Positions 38,001 to 53,000 of a stretch of 64,000 nt of DNA are shown in pieces. The first letter of the stretch is position 1. Each line of letters starts with the position of its first letter. Origin of the DNA: Nemertoderma westbladi (lineage: Eukaryota > Animalia > Xenacoelomorpha); the NCBI GenBank assembly GCA_032718475.1, contig JAUCBJ010005137.1, positions 108,327 through 172,326 of the forward strand, in the 5' to 3' direction. The translations under genes were made by a program, and so were the position numbers. The notes under the pieces are model-generated. The model was given only the letters and a program-made list of their open reading frames with translations, was not told the DNA's origin and made no database searches.

Positions 38001-41000
38001 TTACAAACAAGTTACATCGATATTCGGTACGTTGCAAACAAGTTACATCGATATTCGGTACGTTGCAAACAAGTTACATCGATATTCGGTACGTTACAAA
38101 CAAGTTACATTGATATTCGGTACGTTACAAACAAGTTACATAGATATTCGGTACGTTGCAAACAAGTTACATAGATATTCGGTACGTTACAAACAAGTTA
38201 CATCGATATTCGGTACGTTACAAACAAGTTACATCGATATTCGGTACGTTACAAACAAGTTACATCGATATTCGGTACGTTGCAAACAAGTTACATTGAT
38301 ATTCGGTACGTTGCAAACAAGTTACATTGATATTCGGTATGTTACAAACAAGTTACATAGATATTCGGTACGTTGCAAACAAGTTACATAGATATTCGGT
38401 ACGTTACAAACGAGTTACATAGATATTCGGTACGTTACAAACAAGTTACATCGATATTCGGTACGTTACAAACAAATTACATATATATTCGGTACGTTAC
38501 AATTACAAACAAGTTACATCGATATTCGGTATGTTACAAACAAGTTACATAGATATTCGGTACGTTACAAACAAGTTACATAGATATTCGGTACGTTACA
38601 ATTACAAACAAGTTACATCGATATTCGGTATGTTACAAACAAGTTACATAGATATTCGGTACGTTACAAACAAGTTACATATATATTCGGTACGTTACAA
38701 TTACAAACAAGTTACATCGATATTCGGTATGTTACAAACAAGTTACATAGATATTCGGTACGTTACAAACAAGTTACATATATATTCGGTACGTTACAAT
38801 TACAAACAAGTTACATCGATATTCGGTATGTTACAAACAAGTTACATAGATATTCGGTACGTTACAAACAAATTACATATATATTCGGTACGTTACAATT
38901 ACAAACAAGTTACATCGATATTCGGTATGTTACAAACAAGTTACATAGATATTCGGTACGTTACAAACAAGTTACATAGATATTCGGTACGTTGCAAACA
39001 AGTTACATAGATATTCGGTACGTTACAAACAAGTTACATAGATATTCGGTACGTTACAAACAAGTTACATAGATATTCGGTGCGTTACAATTACAAACAA
39101 GTTACATCGATATTCGGTATGTTACAAACAAGTTACATAGATATTCGGTACGTTACAAACAAATTACATATATATTCGGTACGTTACAATTACAAACAAG
39201 TTACATCGATATTCGGTATGTTACAAACAAGTTACATAGATATTCGGTACGTTACAAACAAGTTACATAGATATTCGGTACGTTGCAAACAAGTTACATA
39301 GATATTCGGTACGTTACAAACAAATTACATATATATTCGGTACGTTGCAAACAAATTACATATATATTCGGTACGTTACAATTACAAACAAGTTACATCG
39401 ATATTCGGTATGTTACAAACAAGTTACATAGATATTCGGTACGTTACAAACAAGTTACATAGATATTCGGTACGTTGCAAACAAGTTACATAGATATTCG
39501 GTACGTTACAAACAAGTTACATAGATATTCGGTACGTTGCAAACAAGTTACATAGATATTCGGTACGTTACAAACAAGTTACATAGATATTCGGTACGTT
39601 ACAAACAAGTTACATAGATATTCGGTACGTTACAAACAAGTTACATAGATATTCGGTACGTTACAAACAAGTTACATCGATATTCGGTACGTTGCAAACA
39701 AGTTACATAGATATTCGGTACGTTACAAACAAGTTACATCGATATTCGGTACGTTACAAACAAGTTACATAGATATTCGGTACGTTACAAACAAGTTACA
39801 TAGATATTCGGTACGTTACAAACAAGTTATATCGATATTCGGTACGTTACAAACAAGTTACATCGATATTCGGTACGTTGCAAACAAGTTACATCGATAT
39901 TCGGTACGTTACAAACAAGTTACATTGATATTCGGTACGTTACAAACAAGTTACATAGATATTCGGTACGTTACAAACAAGTTACATCGATATTCGGTAC
40001 GTTGCAAACAAGTTACATTGATATTCGGTACGTTGCAAACAAGTTACATTGATATTCGGTATGTTACAAACAAGTTACATAGATTTTCGGTACGTTGCAA
40101 ACAAGTTACATAGATATTCGGTACGTTACAAACAAGTTACATAGATATTCGGTACGTTACAAACAAGTTACATAGATATTCGGTACGTTACAAACAAGTT
40201 ATATCGATATTCGGTACGTTACAAACAAGTTACATCGATATTCGGTACGTTACAAACAAGTTACATCGATATTCGGTACGTTACAAACAAGTTACATAGA
40301 TATTCGGTACGTTACAAACAAGTTACATAGATATTCGGTACGTTACAAACAAGTTACATAGATATTCGGTACGTTACAAACAAGTTATATCGATATTCGG
40401 TACGTTACAAACAAGTTACATCGATATTCGGTACGTTGCAAACAAGTTACATCGATATTCGGTACGTTACAAACAAGTTACATTGATATTCGGTACGTTA
40501 CAAACAAGTTACATAGATATTCGGTACGTTACAAACAAGTTACATCGATATTCGGTACGTTGCAAACAAGTTACATTGATATTCGGTACGTTACAAACAA
40601 GTTACATAGATATTCGGTACGTTGCAAACAAGTTACATAGATATTCGGTACGTTACAAACAAGTTACATAGATATTCGGTACGTTACAAACAAGTTACAT
40701 AGATATTCGGTACGTTGCAAACAAGTTACATTGATATTCGGTACGTTACAAACAAGTTACATAGATATTCGGTACGTTGCAAACAAGTTACATAGATATT
40801 CGGTACGTTGCAAACAAGTTACATAGATATTCGGTACGTTACAAACAAGTTACATCGATATTCGGTACGTTGCAAACAAGTTACATAGATATTCGGTACG
40901 TTACAAACAAGTTACATCGATATTCGGTACGTTGCAAACAAGTTACATAGATATTCGGTACGTTGCAAACAAGTTACATCGATATTCGGTACGTTGCAAA

Positions 41001-44000
41001 CAAGTTACATAGATATTCGGTACGTTACAAACAAGTTACATAGATATTCGGTACGTTGCAAACAAGTTACATCGATATTCGGTACGTTGCAAACAAGTTA
41101 CATCGATATTCGGTACGTTACAAACAAGTTACATCGATATTCGGTACGTTACAAACAAGTTACATAGATATTCGGTACGTTACAAACAAGTTACATAGAT
41201 ATTCGGTACGTTACAAACAAGTTACATCGATATTCGGTACGTTACAAACAAGTTACATCGATATTCGGTACGTTACAAACAAGTTACATAGATATTCGGT
41301 ACGTTACAAACAAGTTACATAGATATTCGGTACGTTACAAACAAGTTACATAGATATTCGGTACGTTACAAACAAGTTACATAGATATTCGGTACGTTAC
41401 AAACAAGTTACATCGATATTCGGTACGTTACAAACAAGTTACATAGATATTCGGTACGTTACAAACAAGTTACATAGATATTCGGTACGTTACAAACAAG
41501 TTACATAGATATTCGGTACGTTACAAACAAGTTACATCGATATTCGGTACGTTACAAACAAGTTACATAGATATTCGGTACGTTACAAACAAGTTACATC
41601 GATATTCGGTACGTTACAAACAAGTTACATAGATATTCGGTACGTTACAAACAAGTTACATCGATATTCGGTACGTTACAAACAAGTTACATCGATATTC
41701 GGTACGTCACAAACAAGTTACATAGATATTCGGTACGTTACAAACAAGTTACATTGATATTCGGTACGTTACAAACAAGTTACATAGATATTCGGTACGT
41801 TGCAAACAAGTTACATAGATATTCGGTACGTTGCAAACAAGTTACATCGATATTCGGTACGTTACAAACAAGTTACATAGATATTCGGTACGTTACAAAC
41901 AAGTTACATAGATATTCGGTACGTTACAAACAAGTTACATAGATATTCGGTATGTTGCAAACAAGTTACATAGATATTCGGTACGTTACAAACAAGTTAC
42001 ATAGATATTCGGTACGTTACAAACAAGTTACATAGATATTCGGTACGTTACAAACAAGTTACATCGATATTCGGTACGTTGCAAACAAGTTACATCGATA
42101 TTCGGTACGTTACAAACAAGTTACATCGATATTCGGTACGTTACAAACAAGTTACATCGATATTCGGTACGTTGCAAACAAGTTACATCGATATTCGGTA
42201 CGTTACAAACAAGTTACATCGATATTCGGTACGTTACAAACAAGTTACATATATATTCGGTACGTTACAAACAAGTTACATAGATATTCGGTACGTTACA
42301 AACAAGTTACATAGATATTCGGTACGTTACAAACAAGTTACATAGATATTCGGTACGTTACAAACAAGTTACATATATATTCGGTACGTTACAAACAAGT
42401 TACATCGATATTCGGTACGTTGCAAACAAGTTACATCGATATTCGGTACGTTACAAACAAGTTACATCGATATTCGGTACGTTACAAACAAGTTACATAT
42501 ATATTCGGTACGTTACAAACAAGTTACATAGATATTCGGTACGTTACAAACAAGTTACATAGATATTCGGTACGTTACAAACAAGTTACATAGATATTCG
42601 GTACGTCACAAACAAGTTACATAGATATTCGGTACGTTACAAACAGGTTACATCGATATTCGGTACGTTACAAACAAGTTACATAGATATTCGGTACGTT
42701 GCAAACAAGTTACATATATATTCGGTACGTTACAAACAAGTTACATAGATATTCGGTACGTTACAAACAGGTTACATCGATATTCGGTACGTTACAAACA
42801 AGTTACATAGATATTCGGTACGTTACAAACAAGTTACATCGATATTCGGTTCGTTACAATTACAAACAAGTTACATAGATATTCGGTACGTTGCAAACAA
42901 GTTACATTGATATTCGGTACGTTGCAAACAAGTTACATCGATATTCGGTACGTTGCAAACAAGTTACATTGATATTCGGTACGTTACAAACAAGTTACAT
43001 AGATATTCGGTACGTTACAAACAAGTTACATAGATATTCGGTACGTTACAAACAAGTTACATAGATATTCGGTACGTTACAAACAAGTTACATAGATATT
43101 CGGTACGTTACAAACAAGTTACATAGATATTCGGTACGTTACAAACAAGTTACATAGATATTCGGTACGTTACAAACAAGTTACATAGATATTCGGTACG
43201 TTACAAACAAGTTACATAGATATTCGGTACGTTACAAACAAGTTACATAGATATTCGGTACGTTACAAACAAGTTACATCGATATTCGGTACGTTGCAAA
43301 CAAGTTACATAGATATTCGGTACGTTACAAACAAGTTACATCGATATTCGGTACGTTACAAACAAGTTACATAGATATTCGGTACGTTACAAACAAGTTA
43401 CATCGATATTCGGTACGTTACAAACAAGTTACATAGATATTCGGTATGTTACAAACAAGTTACATTGATATTCGGTACGTTACAAACAAGTTACATTGAT
43501 ATTCGGTACGTTACAAACAAGTTACATAGATATTCGGTACGTTACAAACAAGTTACATAGATATTCGGTACGTTACAAACAAGTTACATCGATATTCGGT
43601 ACGTTGCAAACAAGTTACATAGATATTCGGTACGTTACAAACAAGTTACATCGATATTCGGTACGTTACAAACAAGTTACATAGATATTCGGTACGTTAC
43701 AAACAAGTTACATAGATATTCGGTACGTTACAAACAAGTTACATCGATATTCGGTACGTTACAAACAAGTTACATAGATATTCGGTACGTTACAAACAAG
43801 TTACATCGATATTCGGTACGTTACAAACAAGTTACATAGATATTCGGTACGTTACAAACAAGTTACATAGATATTCGGTACGTTACAAACAAGTTACATC
43901 GATATTCGGTACGTTACAAACAAGTTACATAGATATTCGGTTCGTTACAAACAAATTACATATATATTCGGTACGTTGCAAACAAGTTACATAGATATTC

Positions 44001-47000
44001 GGTACGTTACAAACAAGTTACATCGATATTCGGTACGTTGCAAACAAGTTACATAGATATTCGGTACGTTGCAAACAAGTTACATAGATATTCGGTACGT
44101 TGCAAACAAGTTACATCGATATTCGGTACGTTGCAAACAAGTTACATAGATATTCGGTACGTTGCAAACAAGTTACATAGATATTCGGTACGTTGCAAAC
44201 AAGTTACATAGATATTCGGTACGTTACAAACAAGTTACATAGATATTCGGTACGTTACAAACAAGTTACATCGATATTCGGTACGTTACAAACAAGTTAC
44301 ATTGATATTCGGTACGTTACAAACAAGTTACATAGATATTCGGTACGTTACAAACAAGTTACATCGATATTCGGTACGTTACAAACAAGTTACATTGATA
44401 TTCGGTACGTTACAAACAAGTTACATAGATATTCGGTACGTTACAAACAAGTTACATCGATATTCGGTACGTTACAAACAAGTTACATCGATATTCGGTA
44501 CGTTACAAACAAGTTACATCGATATTCGGTACGTTACAAACAAGTTACATCGATATTCGGTACGTTACAAACAAGTTACATTGATATTCGGTACGTTACA
44601 AACAAGTTACATTGATATTCGGTACGTTACAAACAAGTTACATCGATATTCGGTACGTTACAAACAAGTTACATCGATATTCGGTACGTTACAAACAAGT
44701 TACATAGATATTCGGTACGTTACAAACAAGTTACATCGATATTCGGTACGTTACAAACAAGTTACATTGATATTCGGTACGTTACAAACAAGTTACATAG
44801 ATATTCGGTACGTTACAAACAAGTTACATCGATATTCGGTACGTTACAAACAAGTTACATCGATATTCGGTACGTTGCAAACAAGTTACATAGATATTCG
44901 GTACGTTGCAAACAAGTTACATAGATATTCGGTACGTTGCAAACAAGTTACATAGATATTCGGTACGTTACAAACAAGTTACATAGATATTCGGTACGTT
45001 GCAAACAAGTTACATAGATATTCGGTACGTTACAAACAAGTTACATAGATATTCGGTACGTTACAAACAAGTTACATAGATATTCGGTACGTTGCAAACA
45101 AGTTACATCGATATTCGGTACGTTGCAAACAAGTTACATAGATATTCGGTACGTTACAAACAAGTTACATAGATATTCGGTACGTTACAAACAAGTTACA
45201 TCGATATTCGGTACGTTACAAACAAGTTACATAGATATTCGGTACGTTACAAACAAGTTACATAGATATTCGGTACGTTACAAACAAGTTACATAGATAT
45301 TCGGTACGTTACAAACAAGTTACATAGATATTCGGTACGTTACAAACAAGTTACATAGATATTCGGTACGTTACAAACAAGTTACATCGATATTCGGTAC
45401 GTTACAAACAAGTTACATAGATATTCGGTACGTTACAAACAAGTTACATAGATATTCGGTACGTTACAAACAAGTTACATAGATATTCGGTACGTTACAA
45501 ACAAGTTACATCGATATTCGGTACGTTACAAACAAGTTACATAGATATTCGGTACGTTACAAACAAGTTACATAGATATTCGGTACGTTGCAAACAAGTT
45601 ACATCGATATTCGGTACGTTGCAAACAAGTTACATAGATATTCGGTACGTTGCAAACAAGTTACATAGATATTCGGTACGTTGCAAACAAGTTACATAGA
45701 TATTCGGTACGTTACAAACAAGTTACATAGATATTCGGTACGTTACAAACAAGTTACATAGATATTCGGTACGTTGCAAACAAGTTACATAGATATTCGG
45801 TACGTTGCAAACAAGTTACATCGATATTCGGTACGTTACAAACAAGTTACATAGATATTCGGTTCGTTACAAACAAATTACATATATATTCGGTACGTTG
45901 CAAACAAGTTACATCGATATTCGGTACGTTGCAAACAAGTTACATAGATATTCGGTACGTTGCAAACAAGTTACATCGATATTCGGTACGTTGCAAACAA
46001 GTTACATAGATATTCGGTACGTTGCAAACAAGTTACATCGATATTCGGTACGTTGCAAACAAGTTACATCGATATTCGGTACGTTGCAAACAAGTTACAT
46101 AGATATTCGGTACGTTGCAAACAAGTTACATAGATATTCGGTACGTTACAAACAAGTTACATCGATATTCGGTATGTTACAAACAAGTTACATTGATATT
46201 CGGTACGTTACAAACAAGTTACATAGATATTCGGTACGTTACAAACAAGTTACATTGATATTCGGTACGTTACAAACAAGTTACATAGATATTCGGTACG
46301 TTGCAAACAAGTTACATCGATATTCGGTACGTTGCAAACAAGTTACATAGATATTCGGTACGTTACAAACAAGTTACATCGATATTCGGTATGTTACAAA
46401 CAAGTTACATTGATATTCGGTACGTTACAAACAAGTTACATAGATATTCGGTATGTTACAAACAAGTTACATTGATATTCGGTACGTTACAAACAAGTTA
46501 CATTGATATTCGGTACGTTACAAACAAGTTACATAGATATTCGGTACGTTACAAACAAGTTACATAGATATTCGGTACGTTACAAACAAGTTACATAGAT
46601 ATTCGGTACGTTACAAACAAGTTACATAGATATTCGGTACGTTACAAACAAGTTACATCGATATTCGGTACGTTGCAAACAAGTTACATCGATATTCGGT
46701 ACGTTGCAAACAAGTTACATAGATATTCGGTACGTTACAAACAAGTTACATAGATATTCGGTACGTTACAAACAAGTTACATAGATATTCGGTACGTTAC
46801 AAACAAGTTACATCGATATTCGGTACGTTGCAAACAAGTTACATCGATATTCGGTACGTTGCAAACAAGTTACATAGATATTCGGTACGTTACAAACAAG
46901 TTACATAGATATTCGGTACGTTACAAACAAGTTACATAGATATTCGGTACGTTACAAACAAGTTACATCGATATTCGGTACGTTGCAAACAAGTTACATC

Positions 47001-50000
47001 GATATTCGGTACGTTGCAAACAAGTTACATAGATATTCGGTACGTTACAAACAAGTTACATCGATATTCGGTACGTTGCAAACAAGTTACATCGATATTC
47101 GGTACGTTGCAAACAAGTTACATAGATATTCGGTACGTTACAAACAAGTTACATAGATATTCGGTACGTTACAAACAAGTTACATAGATATTCGGTACGT
47201 TACAAACAAGTTACATCGATATTCGGTACGTTGCAAACAAGTTACATAGATATTCGGTACGTTACAAACAAGTTACATAGATATTCGGTACGTTACAAAC
47301 AAGTTACATAGATATTCGGTACGTTGCAAACAAGTTACATCGATATTCGGTGCGTTACAAACAAGTTACATAGATATTCGGTATGTTACAAACAAGTTAC
47401 ATAGATATTCGGTACGTTACAAATAAGTTACATTGATATTCGGTATGTTACAAACAAGTTACATTGATATTCGGTACGTTACAAACAAGTTACATCGATA
47501 TTCGGTACGTTACAAACAAGTTACATAGATATTCGGTACGTTGCAAACAAGTTACATAGATATTCGGTACGTTGCAAACAAGTTACATAGATATTCGGTA
47601 CGTTGCAAACAAGTTACATAGATATTCGGTACGTTGCAAACAAGTTACATCTATATTCGGTACGTTGCAAACAAGTTACATAGATATTCGGTACGTTGCA
47701 AACAAGTTACATCGATATTCGGTACGTTGCAAACAAGTTACATAGATATTCGGTACGTTACAAACAAGTTACATAGATATTCGGTACGTTACAAACAAGT
47801 TACATCGATATTCGGTACGTTGCAAACAAGTTACATAGATATTCGGTACGTTGCAAACAAGTTACATAGATATTCGGTACGTTGCAAACAAGTTACATCG
47901 ATATTCGGTACGTTACAAACAAGTTACATAGATATTCGGTACGTTACAAACAAGTTACATCGATATTCGGTATGTTACAAACAAGTTACATCGATATTCG
48001 GTACGTTACAAACAAGTTACATCGATATTCGGTACGTTGCAAACAAGTTACATAGATATTCGGTACGTTACAAACAAATTACATAGATATTCGGTACATT
48101 ACAAACAAGTTACATAGATATTCGGTACGTTACAAACAAGTTACATAGATATTCGGTACGTTACAAACAAGTTACATAGATATTCGGTACGTTACAAACA
48201 AGTTACATAGATATTCGGTACGTTGCAAACAAGTTACATAGATATTCGGTACGTTGCAAACAAGTTACATCGATATTCGGTACGTTACAAACAAGTTACA
48301 TAGATATTCGGTACGTTACAAACAAGTTACATCGATATTCGGTATGTTACAAACAAGTTACATAGATATTCGGTACGTTACAAACAAGTTACATCGATAT
48401 TCGGTACGTTGCAAACAAGTTACATAGATATTCGGTACGTTACAAACAAATTACATAGATATTCGGTACATTACAAACAAGTTACATAGATATTCGGTAC
48501 GTTACAAACAAGTTACATAGATATTCGGTACGTTACAAACAAGTTACATAGATATTCGGTACGTTACAAACAAGTTACATCGATATTCGGTACGTTACAA
48601 ACAAGTTACATCGATATTCGGTACGTTACAAACAAGTTACATAGATATTCGGTACGTTACAAACAAGTTACATCGATATTCGGTACGTTACAAACAAGTT
48701 ACATTGATATTCGGTACGTTACAAACAAGTTACATAGATATTCGGTACGTTACAAACAAGTTACATCGATATTCGGTACGTTGCAAACAAGTTACATCGA
48801 TATTCGGTACGTTACAAACAAGTTACATAGATATTCGGTACGTTACAAACAAATTACATATATATTCGGTACGTTGCAAACAAGTTACATCGATATTCGG
48901 TACGTTGCAAACAAGTTACATAGATATTCGGTACGTTACAAACAAGTTACATCGATATTCGGTACGTTACAAACAAGTTACATAGATATTCGGTACGTTG
49001 CAAACAAGTTACATAGATATTCGGTACGTTACAAACAAGTTACATCGATATTCGGTATGTTACAAACAAGTTACATTGATATTCGGTACGTTACAAACAA
49101 GTTACATAGATATTCGGTACGTTACAAACAAGTTACATCGATATTCGGTACGTTGCAAACAAGTTACATAGATATTCGGTACGTTGCAAACAAGTTACAT
49201 CGATATTCGGTACGTTACAAACAAGTTACATTGATATTCGGTACGTTACAAACAAGTTACATCGATATTCGGTACGTTACAAATAAGTTACATAGATATT
49301 CGGTACGTTACAAACAAGTTACATAGATATTCGGTACGTTGCAAACAAGTTACATAGATATTCGGTACGTTACAAACAAGTTACATCGATATTCGGTATG
49401 TTACAAACAAGTTACATTGATATTCGGTACGTTACAAACAAGTTACATAGATATTCGGTACGTTACAAACAAGTTACATCGATATTCGGTACGTTGCAAA
49501 CAAGTTACATAGATATTCGGTACGTTACAAACAAGTTACATCGATATTCGGTACGTTACAATTACAAACAAGTTACATCGATATTCGGTACGTTACAAAC
49601 AAGTTACATCGATATTCGGTACGTTACGAACAAGTTACATAGATATTCGGTACGTTACAAACAAGTTACATCGATATTCGGTACGTTGCAAACAAGTTAC
49701 ATCGATATTCGGTACGTTGCAAACAAGTTACATAGATATTCGGTACGTTACAAACAAGTTACATAGATATTCGGTACGTTACAAACAAGTTACATCGATA
49801 TTCGGTACGTTGCAAACAAGTTACATAGATATTCGGTACGTTGCAAACAAGTTACATCGATATTCGGTACGTTGCAAACAAGTTACATAGATATTCGGTA
49901 CGTTACAAACAAGTTACATAGATATTCGGTACGTTACAAACAAGTTACATAGATATTCGGTACGTTACAAACAAGTTACATCGATATTCGGTATGTTACA

Positions 50001-53000
50001 AACAAGTTACATAGATATTCGGTACGTTACAAACAAGTTACATAGATATTCGGTACGTTACAAACAAGTTACATAGATATTCGGTACGTTGCAAACAAGT
50101 TACATAGATATTCGGTACGTTGCAAACAAGTTACATAGATATTCGGTACGTTACAAACAAGTTACATCGATATTCGGTATGTTACAAACAAGTTACATAG
50201 ATATTCGGTACGTTACAAACAAGTTACATAGATATTCGGTACGTTGCAAACAAGTTACATAGATATTCGGTACGTTACAAACAAGTTACATAGATATTCG
50301 GTACGTTACAAACAAGTTACATCGATATTCGGTATGTTACAAACAAGTTACATTGATATTCGGTACGTTACAAACAAGTTACATAGATATTCGGTACGTT
50401 ACAAACAAGTTACATAGATATTCGGTACGTTACAAACAAGTTACATTGATATTCGGTACGTTACAAACAAGTTACATCGATATTCGGTATGTTACAAACA
50501 AGTTACATAGATATTCGGTACGTTACAAACAAGTTACATCGATATTCGGTATGTTACAAACAAGTTACATTGATATTCGGTACGTTACAAACAAGTTACA
50601 TAGATATTCGGTACGTTGCAAACAAGTTACATAGATATTCGGTACGTTACAAACAAGTTACATAGATATTCGGTACGTTACAAACAAGTTACATCGATAT
50701 TCGGTACGTTACAAACAAGTTACATCGATATTCGGTACGTTACAAACAAGTTACATTGATATTCGGTACGTTACAAACAAGTTACATTGATATTCGGTAC
50801 GTTACAAACAAGTTACATCGATATTCGGTACGTTACAAACAAGTTACATCGATATTCGGTACGTTACAAACAAGTTACATAGATATTCGGTACGTTACAA
50901 ACAAGTTACATCGATATTCGGTACGTTACAAACAAGTTACATTGATATTCGGTACGTTACAAACAAGTTACATAGATATTCGGTACGTTACAAACAAGTT
51001 ACATCGATATTCGGTACGTTACAAACAAGTTACATCGATATTCGGTACGTTGCAAACAAGTTACATAGATATTCGGTACGTTGCAAACAAGTTACATAGA
51101 TATTCGGTACGTTGCAAACAAGTTACATAGATATTCGGTACGTTACAAACAAGTTACATAGATATTCGGTACGTTGCAAACAAGTTACATAGATATTCGG
51201 TACGTTACAAACAAGTTACATAGATATTCGGTACGTTACAAACAAGTTACATAGATATTCGGTACGTTGCAAACAAGTTACATCGATATTCGGTACGTTG
51301 CAAACAAGTTACATAGATATTCGGTACGTTACAAACAAGTTACATAGATATTCGGTACGTTACAAACAAGTTACATCGATATTCGGTACGTTACAAACAA
51401 GTTACATAGATATTCGGTACGTTACAAACAAGTTACATAGATATTCGGTACGTTACAAACAAGTTACATAGATATTCGGTACGTTACAAACAAGTTACAT
51501 AGATATTCGGTACGTTACAAACAAGTTACATAGATATTCGGTACGTTACAAACAAGTTACATCGATATTCGGTACGTTACAAACAAGTTACATAGATATT
51601 CGGTACGTTACAAACAAGTTACATAGATATTCGGTACGTTACAAACAAGTTACATAGATATTCGGTACGTTACAAACAAGTTACATCGATATTCGGTACG
51701 TTACAAACAAGTTACATAGATATTCGGTACGTTACAAACAAGTTACATAGATATTCGGTACGTTGCAAACAAGTTACATCGATATTCGGTACGTTGCAAA
51801 CAAGTTACATAGATATTCGGTACGTTGCAAACAAGTTACATAGATATTCGGTACGTTGCAAACAAGTTACATAGATATTCGGTACGTTACAAACAAGTTA
51901 CATAGATATTCGGTACGTTACAAACAAGTTACATAGATATTCGGTACGTTGCAAACAAGTTACATAGATATTCGGTACGTTGCAAACAAGTTACATCGAT
52001 ATTCGGTACGTTACAAACAAGTTACATAGATATTCGGTTCGTTACAAACAAATTACATATATATTCGGTACGTTGCAAACAAGTTACATCGATATTCGGT
52101 ACGTTGCAAACAAGTTACATAGATATTCGGTACGTTGCAAACAAGTTACATCGATATTCGGTACGTTGCAAACAAGTTACATAGATATTCGGTACGTTGC
52201 AAACAAGTTACATCGATATTCGGTACGTTGCAAACAAGTTACATCGATATTCGGTACGTTGCAAACAAGTTACATAGATATTCGGTACGTTGCAAACAAG
52301 TTACATAGATATTCGGTACGTTACAAACAAGTTACATCGATATTCGGTATGTTACAAACAAGTTACATTGATATTCGGTACGTTACAAACAAGTTACATA
52401 GATATTCGGTACGTTACAAACAAGTTACATTGATATTCGGTACGTTACAAACAAGTTACATAGATATTCGGTACGTTGCAAACAAGTTACATCGATATTC
52501 GGTACGTTGCAAACAAGTTACATAGATATTCGGTACGTTACAAACAAGTTACATCGATATTCGGTATGTTACAAACAAGTTACATTGATATTCGGTACGT
52601 TACAAACAAGTTACATAGATATTCGGTATGTTACAAACAAGTTACATTGATATTCGGTACGTTACAAACAAGTTACATTGATATTCGGTACGTTACAAAC
52701 AAGTTACATAGATATTCGGTACGTTACAAACAAGTTACATAGATATTCGGTACGTTACAAACAAGTTACATAGATATTCGGTACGTTACAAACAAGTTAC
52801 ATAGATATTCGGTACGTTACAAACAAGTTACATCGATATTCGGTACGTTGCAAACAAGTTACATCGATATTCGGTACGTTGCAAACAAGTTACATAGATA
52901 TTCGGTACGTTACAAACAAGTTACATAGATATTCGGTACGTTACAAACAAGTTACATAGATATTCGGTACGTTACAAACAAGTTACATCGATATTCGGTA

